DNA from: Clostridia bacterium
Lineage (GTDB): Bacteria; Bacillota; Clostridia; Christensenellales; Borkfalkiaceae
Assembly (NCBI GenBank): GCA_017501205.1
Contig: JAFVXM010000001.1
Coordinates: 1 to 53,648, forward strand
Length of the DNA stretch: 53,648 nucleotides
Direction of reading: 5' to 3'
Shown here: in pieces, positions 41,456 to 50,796 of the stretch
Layout of the letters: every line of letters begins with the position of its first letter
Numbering within the stretch: position 1 is the first letter of the stretch
Notes under the pieces: model-generated
The model's input: the letters and a program-made list of their open reading frames with translations, nothing else
Databases searched by the model: none
Told to the model about the DNA's origin: nothing
Position numbers and translations under genes: made by a program

Positions 41456-44400
41456 ATGAAAAAATTTACTAAAAGATTTTTAATGCTTGCCTTGAGCGTT
41501 ATGATGGCAGTTTCTACGTTTGTGGGAATTAGCATCAGCGCTACTGCTGAAGGCACAACGGAAAACGTCAATACCGTTACTGAGCTTGCAGAGGTAAAGC
41601 TGGAAGCAAGCAAATTGTTGAACATGTTAGATGGCAACAAGCAGTTCAAGAAAAACAACGTTAAATCGTTTGACTATTTTAACGGCACCGAGGTTGAACA
41701 AAAGCCCTGCTATTTCATGAAGGATATGGGTGGCTACCTCGCATTGATGACGTTTGATACTCCTTACGATGCAAGCGCATACGCAGAGGGGGCAACCCTT
41801 AAGGTAGAGAATGCGGCACTTTCCCTGTTTGTATTCTTCAAAACGGAGGATTGTCTTGCACAGTATCAAACGGCAGGTTATTTTAACATTGATATATGCT
41901 CCGGTGAGCCTCAGGCAGATGGAACATATGCTTACAGCGACAGCTACAAGTGGTCTATTAACATAGTTTCTGCATTTGAAAAGTGCAGGCCCGGCTGGAA
42001 CAAGGTCATCGTTCCCCTTGCATTGGCAGGTGAAAAGTATGGCCAGATGGATTGGGCTAATATCAGATTTATCCGTATCAACGCTACCGGCGTTGGCGGT
42101 GTTGCTACCAGAGTAGGTACCGGCGAATATACTATTTGCACCTCTGAGTACGAGGAATTGACAGTTATCGACGAAGAGAAGAACGTATTCCCCGTTCTTA
42201 CAAAAAAACAGATGGTAGGCTCCCCCGATGTGTTTAACATCGTGGAGTTTGAGCGTGACGGTAAAATGGTTCAGACGTATATTAAGCCTCGCCCCAGCCC
42301 TTGGTGGACGACGCTTGCATACGAAACCCCTATCGACCTGTCTCACTATACTACTACTGAAAAGGTGTTTGATAAGAACATAGCTTCTCTTAACGTACCT
42401 GCTTCTATCGAGGAATATGCAGCAATGCAGATTTACGTTTATTTCCCCGATGAGGAGAACCTTGAGCATTATAAGCTCTGCACCAGTATGAATCTTGACG
42501 TATGCTCCGGTGAGCCTCAGGCGGACGGAACGTATGCGTATAACGATTATTATAAGTATTCCTTCAATTTTGCATCGTTGTTTGAAAAGTGCAGCGTTGG
42601 CTGGAACAGGCTTATACTTCCCCTTTGCACAGCAAATGAAAAGAATTCCACCATGGATTGGGCTAACGTAAGATTTGTTAGAATTAACGGAATGGGCGAT
42701 CCCGGCGGAATACACCCCGTAACAGGCAAGGGCTTCCGTATCGGCTTTGCTGATATCGGCGCATGCTTTACCACCCTTACTGAAATGACTGTTGAGGGAT
42801 ACGTTCCCCCTGTTGTTGAAGAAGAAATTAAGAACGAAAAGGTTTACTGTAACGGCGGAACAGGCTTCCACGTTCTTGGCTTTGATACCGCGTTTGGCGA
42901 CGGACAGGTGATAAGCAGCAACGGATACTATAAGGAAGGCGAAGGTGCCCTCAGACTTTACGGTCAGGGAACAGGAAGCACCGGCAAAAAGCTTGAAAAA
43001 CCCGTAAATCTTTCGATGTACGATACACTTTCGCTCTGGATGTACGTTGATAACGCAGAAAACTTCCTTGCTATGGCTGACGGCCAGATAGAGCTTACCT
43101 CTGCAGGCGGCAGGGATGACGGCAATGAATACAGCTGGGCATTGAAGTCCTTGAATATTAAGGACGGCTGGAACTGGATAACGCTTGATCTTGCAAGTGC
43201 AAAGAAGGGCGAGCCCGATATTAAGAAGATAGATTACTTCAATATTTATTTTGTTGGCGTTCCCGCTCTTGGCGAAGTTATTATCGATGATCTTCACGCA
43301 CACGCAAGCAAAGGCGTTGTTTTGGAATCCTTTGATAACGGTTTTGCCGGTCAGGTTCTCACAGAAGAAGGCAAGGTTGACAAGGCCACTAATATGAGCG
43401 GTCAGGGTTGGATTGCAAGAAAGAAATATGCCACTCCCGTTAATATTGCCGACTGTGATACTATCGGTATGTGGATAAGATGTGACGATGAGACAACCTG
43501 TACCAGTATAGCAGGAACGGAGATTGAATTATCCAGCTCCGGTCAGGCAGACGTAGACGAGCTTGCTTTCTTCCTCCCCGATAATCTTAAGGTTGGCTGG
43601 AATTACGTTACGTGGAAGATCTCTGAGGGTAGAGCAGGCGGCACAATCGATCTTACTGCGATCAACTTTGTAGGTGTTGTAAAGACAGGCTTGCCCATGG
43701 TTACCTGCTTCTTTGACGATTTAAGAGCGTATGAAGATAAGCTTGAGAATCCCGTTGTAATAGATCCTATTGAAAAACAGGTTGTTATAAGTGCAGATAA
43801 GGTTGCAAGCGGCGTGTTCAACGGCATGACCATTGACGATGTTGAGTATAAAGAAGGCTTTGCTTCTCTCTCAACCGTTACCAAGGCAGGCACTACTAAG
43901 CTCAAAGCATTATTTAATCCCGTACAGAGCGGACTTTCCCTCAAGGGTGAGCACGAGCTCGGCTATGCTTTCTGGTTCTATGTAGAGGATGTAAGCAAGC
44001 TGACGGGACTTTACGTTGAGCTTGGTTCCTTTGACGGCCAGCCCTTCGAGCTTGAGTGGCATATTGATTTGAGCACAATTCAGAGCGGCTGGAACTGGAT
44101 TACGTTTAAGGCGAGCGAAGCAGCCCGTCCCAGCGGCGTAATTGATACCAACAATCTTATTCGTACGCGCATTGTTATTGATGGTGAGGCTACCACCGTT
44201 AAGTTTGACTGCTTCGTTGTGGTTGATAGCACTGTTGATGGCGCATTCGATCCTATTGAGGACAAGATTGAGCTTAATCCTATAAACAGCGTTGTAGTAG
44301 ATAACTGTGAAACCGAGTGGGGATATATGACTCACGTAACTGAAACGAACGAGGCTAACAAGAAAGAGGGTTATTCCTCTGTTGAGGTTGAGTCAAATAT

Positions 44401-45523
44401 TGACTTGGCTACCAAGGTCGTTAACGTTGGTAAGACAGAACTTTTATATAATCCGTATAGAAGCAATAACGAGTTAGGTATTGCATTCTGGGCTTATTTT
44501 GAAGACGCGAGCAAGATCACCTCTGCAAAGATTGTTCTTCTTAACGATATCGCCGGCGTTAACGGTGTAAGCTGGACTATTACCGAAAATCTCACCGACG
44601 GTTGGAATTATATAGTACTCGGTGTAGAGGCTGCTGAATTCTTTGGCGCGTTTGACGTAGATGCAATCAATTACGTACAGTACGGCGTTTTTGCTACGGA
44701 AAAGGTTATCTCGCTTGTTGATAGAATAAGAGTTATTAACTACGCAATAGAAGAAAACCGCGCGGAACCCGCATACGAGGGTATTGACCGTCACCCTGTA
44801 GAGGATAAGGTTATTATCGATTGTAACTCTACCGGCGGATTTATCTTTACCGGTAACAGAGTTGATAAGGACGATTTCCGTTATGGAACCGGATCTGTTT
44901 ACACCTCCGGCTTCGGATACCAGTTATATGCTCTCGGCTTGGATATAGGCGCTACTGATCTTATTAAAAAGACCTTTGTTATGGGGCTTTGGGTATGGAT
45001 TGAGGATATTACGCTTTACGACGTAGATTCCTTTAGCAGCCAGATTGAAATAGGCTCCACTAATAACTTTGACGAATACGAGTTGTATTGGGAAAACTGG
45101 TACGAGGGTCTTTCCAACGGCTGGAACTGGGTTGTTTTAGAAGGAAAGGATGCTCATATATCCGGTTCTGCTCCTGATTTCGATAAGCTTTGCCGCTTCC
45201 GTATTTATATTAACGGCGTTGATAATTCTACCCTTAAGATCGACCGTATTACTATTAGTAATATTTACGACGAGGGTATCTTCACCGCTCCTGATTGGGA
45301 GAATGAGGTTATCAATAAGGATAGCGCATTTAGCGGCGCAAACGGCTATATTGCTGAAAATGCTCCTTATTTAGATATCCGCCACGAGGATGTTGCTGAA
45401 GGCTTCGTCGCAGAGGGCCCCGTTGTAAACGACGGATGCTTTGCCGGTATGTCAGTTCAGATACCCGTTTGCATGGCGTTTGTATTCATTGCAGCAGGCA
45501 TGTTGATTAAAAAACGCAAATAA
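41456..45523 (+). CDS. 1,355-aa surface protein: signal peptide, seven CBM-like beta-sandwich modules, and a C-terminal TM anchor plus KKRK (no LPXTG)
   Basis: GGAGGGG RBS. Signal peptide ending SATA|EG. GWN motif recurs 7 times (nt 41993, 42599, 43166, 43595, 44087, 44600, 45119). Hydrophobic tail at aa 1329-1350 plus KKRK. Confidence 0.85.
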   Translation: MKKFTKRFLMLALSVMMAVSTFVGISISATAEGTTENVNTVTELAEVKLEASKLLNMLDGNKQFKKNNVKSFDYFNGTEVEQKPCYFMKDMGGYLALMTFDTPYDASAYAEGATLKVENAALSLFVFFKTEDCLAQYQTAGYFNIDICSGEPQADGTYAYSDSYKWSINIVSAFEKCRPGWNKVIVPLALAGEKYGQMDWANIRFIRINATGVGGVATRVGTGEYTICTSEYEELTVIDEEKNVFPVLTKKQMVGSPDVFNIVEFERDGKMVQTYIKPRPSPWWTTLAYETPIDLSHYTTTEKVFDKNIASLNVPASIEEYAAMQIYVYFPDEENLEHYKLCTSMNLDVCSGEPQADGTYAYNDYYKYSFNFASLFEKCSVGWNRLILPLCTANEKNSTMDWANVRFVRINGMGDPGGIHPVTGKGFRIGFADIGACFTTLTEMTVEGYVPPVVEEEIKNEKVYCNGGTGFHVLGFDTAFGDGQVISSNGYYKEGEGALRLYGQGTGSTGKKLEKPVNLSMYDTLSLWMYVDNAENFLAMADGQIELTSAGGRDDGNEYSWALKSLNIKDGWNWITLDLASAKKGEPDIKKIDYFNIYFVGVPALGEVIIDDLHAHASKGVVLESFDNGFAGQVLTEEGKVDKATNMSGQGWIARKKYATPVNIADCDTIGMWIRCDDETTCTSIAGTEIELSSSGQADVDELAFFLPDNLKVGWNYVTWKISEGRAGGTIDLTAINFVGVVKTGLPMVTCFFDDLRAYEDKLENPVVIDPIEKQVVISADKVASGVFNGMTIDDVEYKEGFASLSTVTKAGTTKLKALFNPVQSGLSLKGEHELGYAFWFYVEDVSKLTGLYVELGSFDGQPFELEWHIDLSTIQSGWNWITFKASEAARPSGVIDTNNLIRTRIVIDGEATTVKFDCFVVVDSTVDGAFDPIEDKIELNPINSVVVDNCETEWGYMTHVTETNEANKKEGYSSVEVESNIDLATKVVNVGKTELLYNPYRSNNELGIAFWAYFEDASKITSAKIVLLNDIAGVNGVSWTITENLTDGWNYIVLGVEAAEFFGAFDVDAINYVQYGVFATEKVISLVDRIRVINYAIEENRAEPAYEGIDRHPVEDKVIIDCNSTGGFIFTGNRVDKDDFRYGTGSVYTSGFGYQLYALGLDIGATDLIKKTFVMGLWVWIEDITLYDVDSFSSQIEIGSTNNFDEYELYWENWYEGLSNGWNWVVLEGKDAHISGSAPDFDKLCRFRIYINGVDNSTLKIDRITISNIYDEGIFTAPDWENEVINKDSAFSGANGYIAENAPYLDIRHEDVAEGFVAEGPVVNDGCFAGMSVQIPVCMAFVFIAAGMLIKKRK
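41891..42100 (+). repeat. intragenic duplicated block, copy 1 (aa 146-215 of the 1,355-aa protein)
   Basis: DICSGEPQADGTYAY...GWNKVIVPL...MDWANIRFIRIN. 45 of 70 residues are identical to copy 2, and the offset is 606 nt. Confidence 0.9.
42497..42706 (+). repeat. intragenic duplicated block, copy 2 (aa 348-417)
   Basis: DVCSGEPQADGTYAY...GWNRLILPL...MDWANVRFVRIN. The stretch tgctccggtgagcctcaggc is identical at nucleotide level in both copies. Confidence 0.9.
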
Positions 45524-45571
45524 GGGCAAAACAAAAACGGTCAGATAATAGAAGCTGATCAAAAATTGAAT

Positions 45572-45602
45572 AAAAACAGGAAGATTATTTCTTCCTGTTT
45601 TT
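45572..45602 (+). terminator. intrinsic terminator ending the ABC/surface-protein operon
   Basis: aaaaacaggaag-attattt-cttcctgttttt. Confidence 0.8.
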
Positions 45603-45798
45603 AATTCAGTTTACCTTAAAACAGTAATTTTTTTGTTTGAAGTATTCTGTGTGATGGCAGCGGAGCAGGGATCTTGTTTGCGCTGTACGTTTTAAAAGTA
45701 GGACTCTGTATAATGGCAGAGTATGGCGGCGAAAGTGCCCTAAATCGCACAAAAACCAAATATTGCGTACTTGTTTAACTACGAAAGGTATATTTGTT

Positions 45799-48450
45799 AT
45801 GAAAAAATTCGTTGTAATTTCTCATACCCATTGGGATAGAGAATGGTATATGACCTTTGAGTGCTTTAGGCTTAGACTTGTTGATCTTGTTGATAGGCTT
45901 TTAGATATAATAGAAGGGGACAGTAATTACATTTTTCATCTTGACGCACAAACCGTGGTTCTTGAGGATTATCTTGAGCTGCGTCCATATAATGAGGAAA
46001 GGCTAAGAAGCTTTGTGAGATCCGGCAATTTGATAATAGGGCCGTGGTATTTACAGAACGATTTTTATTTAAGCTCCGGCGAGTCTACGGTAAGAAACCT
46101 ACAAATAGGAACGGCTATTGCCGAGGATTTCGGCAGATGCAGCAGAGTAGGACATGCACCGGATCAGTTTGGAAATGTTTCTCAGCTTCCTCAAATTTTA
46201 AAGAGCTTTGATATAGATAGCTTTATCTTCGGCAGAGGCTTCAGCCATTATGAAACTGTTGATGGGGAAAGAAGACCTGCCGTTATGCCCACTGAGTTTA
46301 TATGGGTGGGGGCAGACGGCACGGAGGCCCTTGCCGTGCATTTAAAGCATTGGTATAACAATGCACAGCATATGCCGGAGGAGATTGAACTTTCAGAACT
46401 TATACTTACACTCAGTGAAAGCAATTTTGAGGGGCTAAACGTTTCGCCGTACGTGCTTTTAATGAACGGCGTAGATCACCTTGAAGCGCAGGCGGATATC
46501 CTGGACGTAATATCTAAGCTCAGGCAAAAAGGCCACGATATCTCACAAAAAAGCCTTGATAACTATGTTTCAGACGTTAAGCAGGCCGTTAACGGAAAGG
46601 AACTTTTTAGGTTTAAAGGTGCGCTTAATTACGGTGATGATTACAGTATGCTTAAGGGGTGCTGGTCTTCACGCATTTATTTAAAAAGGAGAAATGTTCA
46701 GGCAGAGGATTTGCTTATCAACAATCTTGAGCCTTTATATTCATACCTGGAGCTTAATGGATTCAAGGGATTGTATCCTACCTACGAATTAAACTATTTG
46801 TGGAAAAAGCTTCTTAAAAACCAAACGCATGATTGTATTTGCGGCTGTTCGGTAGACGGTGTGCATTATCATATGGAGGATAGATACTCTCGTGTGGAAG
46901 AGCTTGGAAAAATGTTGCTTGAAAGGGGTATGAAGACCCTTGCGTTGCACTCAGTACATTCGTTGGCAGATGAAAAGAAGTATTTGGTGGCTGTATTTAA
47001 TCCTACCCAGACGGAGCAAACAGCCGTTGTGCAGGCGGCAATGAATTTTACTGAAAACGTGGATAGCATGGCTGTTTACGGTGCAGACGGAGAGCAGATC
47101 CCGTACGAGATCGTAGAGGTTTTTAACCGCCAGTATGATGTTTTCAGCCCTGTAAATTTACCCGGAGTTTTAGATGTAAATACACACGTTATAAGATTTG
47201 TTGCAAAATCGGTGCCTGCATTTTCATCGGCAATTTACGCTGTGGCAATTAACGAAGAAGGGTGCACAATAGAGAAAAAGTGCCGTAAAACGCTTGAAAA
47301 CGACAAATACTGTATTAGCGTTTGTAACGGCGAGTTACATATTGAGAACAAAATAAGTAAGGAAAAAAACGTAAATCCGATACTGCTTGAGGATTGCGTT
47401 GACAGGGGTGATGCGTACGTTTATCGCAAGAGCTCCGACGAGCCGATGATAATAAAGCCCGGGCAGTTTGTTTTTAAGGACGGCGAGCTGAAGCAATCAT
47501 TGGAATTTTCCTTCGAGTACGTTGCTCCCGCGGAATACGATTTTGAGGCGCTTGCTCTGTCTGACGCTCAGGTTACAGAAAGGGTTGAGTGCTCGTTGTC
47601 TATAGACAAGGTCAGCGACGTTATTTCGTTAAGCTATAAAATTATTAACAAGAGGAAGGACCACAGGTTAAGATTGCTCGTAGAGTCCGGAATAAGAGGT
47701 GGGGCAATTGCAACCGATAGTGTGTTTGATTTTGACGAGCGCAAGCCCTATGAAAGCTGTGACGTAACGGAATCGAATACTCATTTCGCGGCAACATTTT
47801 CCGAGGTTTTTGCGGGAAATAGGGCACTTTCTGCCTATACTGAAGGGCAACATGAGGTTGCGTATGAGGAAGGCAGACTGGCGATTACCATACTGCGCTG
47901 TACGGGTGTGATAAACCGTTCTCCTGATACGTTCAGCATGATAGGTGGAGAAACGTGGAGAGTTGATGGCAATCAATGCGTTAAAGACGTTGAGGGTAGG
48001 ATTGGATTTGCTTACGGGGAAAGAAAAGGTCCCGCAAGGAATTATACGGATGCGAAAATGTTTCGCACGGGGCTGCTTGTTCACGCAGATTCCTTTGATA
48101 GTAAAAAATATTCGGGCGGAAGATTTGCCGTTCAGTCTTCAAGGCTGGAAAAGCTATACTATCTGCCGGACAAATATAGCGACTGCAAGGTGTCCTTAAA
48201 GCCCAGCTTTACGTTGGCAGAGGGCAAGCTTACCGTTACGTGCTTTAAAAAAGGTCTTTTTGGCGGATACATTGTAAGGCTGGTAAATCTTACGGATGAA
48301 ATAGTTAAGGATGAATTCTTGTTCGAAGGCAGCATATATTTAACGGATATGTCTGAAAGAGAAAGCAAATTTTTGGGCAATGGACAAGCGACCTTGACGC
48401 TTGTATCCAAGCAAATTTTAACCTTGAGGATCGAAAATGAAAAGGCTTGA
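45799..48450 (+). CDS. GH38 alpha-mannosidase (MngB/SpGH38-like, cytoplasmic)
   Basis: VISHTHWDREWY, HLDAQT, GPWYLQND, GHAPDQFG. No signal peptide. Start ATG 45799 is preferred over the upstream alternative. Confidence 0.9.
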   Translation: MKKFVVISHTHWDREWYMTFECFRLRLVDLVDRLLDIIEGDSNYIFHLDAQTVVLEDYLELRPYNEERLRSFVRSGNLIIGPWYLQNDFYLSSGESTVRNLQIGTAIAEDFGRCSRVGHAPDQFGNVSQLPQILKSFDIDSFIFGRGFSHYETVDGERRPAVMPTEFIWVGADGTEALAVHLKHWYNNAQHMPEEIELSELILTLSESNFEGLNVSPYVLLMNGVDHLEAQADILDVISKLRQKGHDISQKSLDNYVSDVKQAVNGKELFRFKGALNYGDDYSMLKGCWSSRIYLKRRNVQAEDLLINNLEPLYSYLELNGFKGLYPTYELNYLWKKLLKNQTHDCICGCSVDGVHYHMEDRYSRVEELGKMLLERGMKTLALHSVHSLADEKKYLVAVFNPTQTEQTAVVQAAMNFTENVDSMAVYGADGEQIPYEIVEVFNRQYDVFSPVNLPGVLDVNTHVIRFVAKSVPAFSSAIYAVAINEEGCTIEKKCRKTLENDKYCISVCNGELHIENKISKEKNVNPILLEDCVDRGDAYVYRKSSDEPMIIKPGQFVFKDGELKQSLEFSFEYVAPAEYDFEALALSDAQVTERVECSLSIDKVSDVISLSYKIINKRKDHRLRLLVESGIRGGAIATDSVFDFDERKPYESCDVTESNTHFAATFSEVFAGNRALSAYTEGQHEVAYEEGRLAITILRCTGVINRSPDTFSMIGGETWRVDGNQCVKDVEGRIGFAYGERKGPARNYTDAKMFRTGLLVHADSFDSKKYSGGRFAVQSSRLEKLYYLPDKYSDCKVSLKPSFTLAEGKLTVTCFKKGLFGGYIVRLVNLTDEIVKDEFLFEGSIYLTDMSERESKFLGNGQATLTLVSKQILTLRIENEKA

Positions 48451-50413
48451 TTTTGTTAATGCTTTGATGGGCTCGTATAATGAGCCGAGGTTTTCAAACG
48501 GAAATATTTATCCTGTTATTGCCCGTCCGTTTGCAATGGTTAATTTTACCGTTCAAACAAGCGGTACAAGCAATTGGTTTTATAATCCTAAATCGCGCTG
48601 CGTGGAGGGCGTGAGGCTTACGCATCAGCCGTCACCGTGGGTTGGAGATTACGGGCATCTTCTTATAACACCGTTTACAGGGGAGCTTTCTTCAGATCCC
48701 GGAATGAGATGGTCGAGTTACCGTCCGGAGCAAGCAGTTGTTAGGCCGGACTTGCTGAAGCTGTATATGCAGAGATACCGCATAAACGTTTTGGTTACCT
48801 CAACGCAAAGAGGAGGATATTTTTTCATTAAAGGCGAAGATAAAAGCGTTGGAATTGCGTTTGCTACGTTTGGTAATTCGCAGTTTGCGGCAGAGGGTAA
48901 TGCTGTAACCGGATGGACGGACAGTCAGTCTATCTGGGGCTTTGATGGATTAAGAGAATATTTTTATATACAGTTTGATTCAAACGTTCAACGCGTGCGG
49001 GAGCTCGAAAACGGTGGCATTGCCGTATACTTCAACGAAAAAAGCGTTGAAATGAAAATGTCAACGAGCTTCATTTCCGTAAAGCAAGCAGAGCTCAATT
49101 ATAAACGTGAGCTTGACGGTAAGGATTTTGAAAGCGTTAGACTTTTAAGTGAGACAGAATGGGAAGGGCTTTTGAGCTCTATTGACGTTACGAGTGAGGA
49201 TGAAAAAAAGCTTCACATCTTTTATACGTGTCTTTACAGAACGTTTTTATATCCGAGAATTTTTTACGAGTATGATGAAACAGGCATGCCTGTTCACTAC
49301 AATGCAGATACGAAAACGTGCGAAAAAGGCGTCTTTTACACAGATAACGGCTTTTGGGATACGTACAGAACCGTATATCCGCTCCTTTCAATTGTAAGGC
49401 CTAAGCTTGTTGCTGAAATGGTGGAGGGCTTTATAAATTACGGCGAAGAAACAGGCTGGCTTCCCAAGTGGATAAGCCCGGGAGAGATAGGCATAATGCC
49501 TGGCGCATTGGTAGAGGCTGTGATTGCGGATGCTTGTGTTAAGGGGATAATATCCGATGACCTGCGTTCGCGTGCATATAAGCTTCTTAAGAAAAACGCA
49601 TTTGAAGCGGGAGAGGGAAGACACGGCAGAAATGAAATAGCCGAATACATCAAGTATGGATATATACCTAATTGCTACAGGGAGAGTGTAAATAATACCT
49701 GCGATTGTGCTTATGGTGATTTCTGTGTTTCGGTTGTTGCTGAAATGGAGGGTGATCACGCAACGGCAAAAGAATTACTTGCCAGAAGTAAAAGCTACGC
49801 AAAGCTTTTTGATCCGCAAACCAAATTTTTACGGAGTCGCGATAAGCAAGGTAACGTTAAAAAGACGTTCGACCCGTTCGAGTGGGGCGGAGATAACTGT
49901 GAGGGCAGTAGCTGGCAGAATAGCTTTGCCGTATATCACGACGTTGACGGGTTGATTTCTCTTTACGGAAGCAAAAAGGCGCTGGAAGCCCGCTTGGACG
50001 AGTTGTTTTCCGCTGCCCCCATTTTTGAGGTGGGGCAATATGGGCAGGAGATTCACGAGATGAGTGAAATGGCTTGTGTGGATTTTGGGCAGATGGCAAT
50101 TTCCAATCAACCAAGCTTTCATATTCCGTGGCTATATGTTTTATGCGGTAGGAGAGACAAGGCATCTTTTTGGGTTGAGAGGCTTGCAAAAGAGGCGTTT
50201 TTCTGCGATATAGAGGGTTTTCCTGGAGATGAGGACAATGGAACCACGTCTGCGTGGTATATTTTTGCATGTCTGGGCTTTTATCCAATATGCCCGGGCA
50301 AAAACGAATACGTTGCAACAAAACCACTTTTTGATAGTATAAGGATTAACGGAAGAGACGTTAGAGTAGATCTTCCGGATGTTGTGGGCATTGAGGAGCT
50401 GTTTAGGAATTAA
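48437..50413 (+). CDS. GH92 alpha-mannosidase (cytoplasmic, relatively short)
   Basis: GNIYPVIARPFAMV, FYTCLYRTFLYPR, GFWDTYRTVYPLLSI, GWLPKW, NQPSFHIPWLY, GDEDNGTTSAWYIFACLGFYPICPG. Overlaps the GH38 gene by 14 nt. Confidence 0.9.
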   Translation: MKRLDFVNALMGSYNEPRFSNGNIYPVIARPFAMVNFTVQTSGTSNWFYNPKSRCVEGVRLTHQPSPWVGDYGHLLITPFTGELSSDPGMRWSSYRPEQAVVRPDLLKLYMQRYRINVLVTSTQRGGYFFIKGEDKSVGIAFATFGNSQFAAEGNAVTGWTDSQSIWGFDGLREYFYIQFDSNVQRVRELENGGIAVYFNEKSVEMKMSTSFISVKQAELNYKRELDGKDFESVRLLSETEWEGLLSSIDVTSEDEKKLHIFYTCLYRTFLYPRIFYEYDETGMPVHYNADTKTCEKGVFYTDNGFWDTYRTVYPLLSIVRPKLVAEMVEGFINYGEETGWLPKWISPGEIGIMPGALVEAVIADACVKGIISDDLRSRAYKLLKKNAFEAGEGRHGRNEIAEYIKYGYIPNCYRESVNNTCDCAYGDFCVSVVAEMEGDHATAKELLARSKSYAKLFDPQTKFLRSRDKQGNVKKTFDPFEWGGDNCEGSSWQNSFAVYHDVDGLISLYGSKKALEARLDELFSAAPIFEVGQYGQEIHEMSEMACVDFGQMAISNQPSFHIPWLYVLCGRRDKASFWVERLAKEAFFCDIEGFPGDEDNGTTSAWYIFACLGFYPICPGKNEYVATKPLFDSIRINGRDVRVDLPDVVGIEELFRN

Positions 50414-50498
50414 ACGAGAAGCTTTTTGTCTAGCTCACAGTAAGGAAATAAGACTAATTAACAGGTTTGCCTGATTTTGGCAAAAAAATAAATTAACG

Positions 50499-50529
50499 AG
50501 CCCTGCGGATGATACACAGGGCTTTTTTT
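50499..50529 (+). terminator. intrinsic terminator after the GH92 gene
   Basis: agccctg-cggatgataca-cagggct plus T7. Confidence 0.75.
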
Positions 50530-50586
50530 GTTCTTTTAGCGAAGAGAAAGGTGAATGTATTAAAACTTTCAAGCTTATAAAAAGAG

Positions 50587-50607
50587 GCGTTTATATGTGA
50601 TAAACGT
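50587..50607. repeat. copy 3 of the GTTTATRTGWGATAAAC hairpin family (no T-run, so not an obvious terminator)
   Basis: gcgtttat-atgtg-ataaacg. Compare 18642-18664 and 22863-22889. Confidence 0.7.
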
Positions 50608-50767
50608 AATGGCTGTACCGGCCGTGGGGAGGCCGGATGCGACGAGAGGGGTGCTGTTTCTTTTTAAGCGGCAATACGTTATTCCCTGAAATCACTAAAT
50701 CTTTGGGAGAGCAAAGAGGCTTTAACGTATGCAATTCGTTTAAAGCGATAACGGACTACAGTTTTGT

Positions 50768-50796
50768 TTGACAATGCAGGCGTTATTTATTATACT
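50768..50796 (+). promoter_or_regulatory. sigmaA promoter upstream of the metallophosphoesterase gene
   Basis: TTGACA (50768-50773), 17 nt, TATACT (50791-50796). Leaves a leader of about 105 nt. Confidence 0.55.

Noticed and set aside
41627-43303. 558-aa antisense ORF opposite the first three modules of the 1,355-aa surface protein.
   Set aside because: Same artefact class. The sense strand has a signal peptide, an RBS, a repeat architecture and a terminator. The antisense translation has no recognisable features or translation signals.
31689-45523. Checked whether the tail-fibre-like gene or the internally repeated surface-protein gene is a diversity-generating retroelement target (VR/TR pair plus reverse transcriptase).
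   Set aside because: No reverse-transcriptase-like ORF exists anywhere in the window. The only near-identical repeat (41891/42497) is an in-frame domain duplication whose differences are not restricted to adenine positions.
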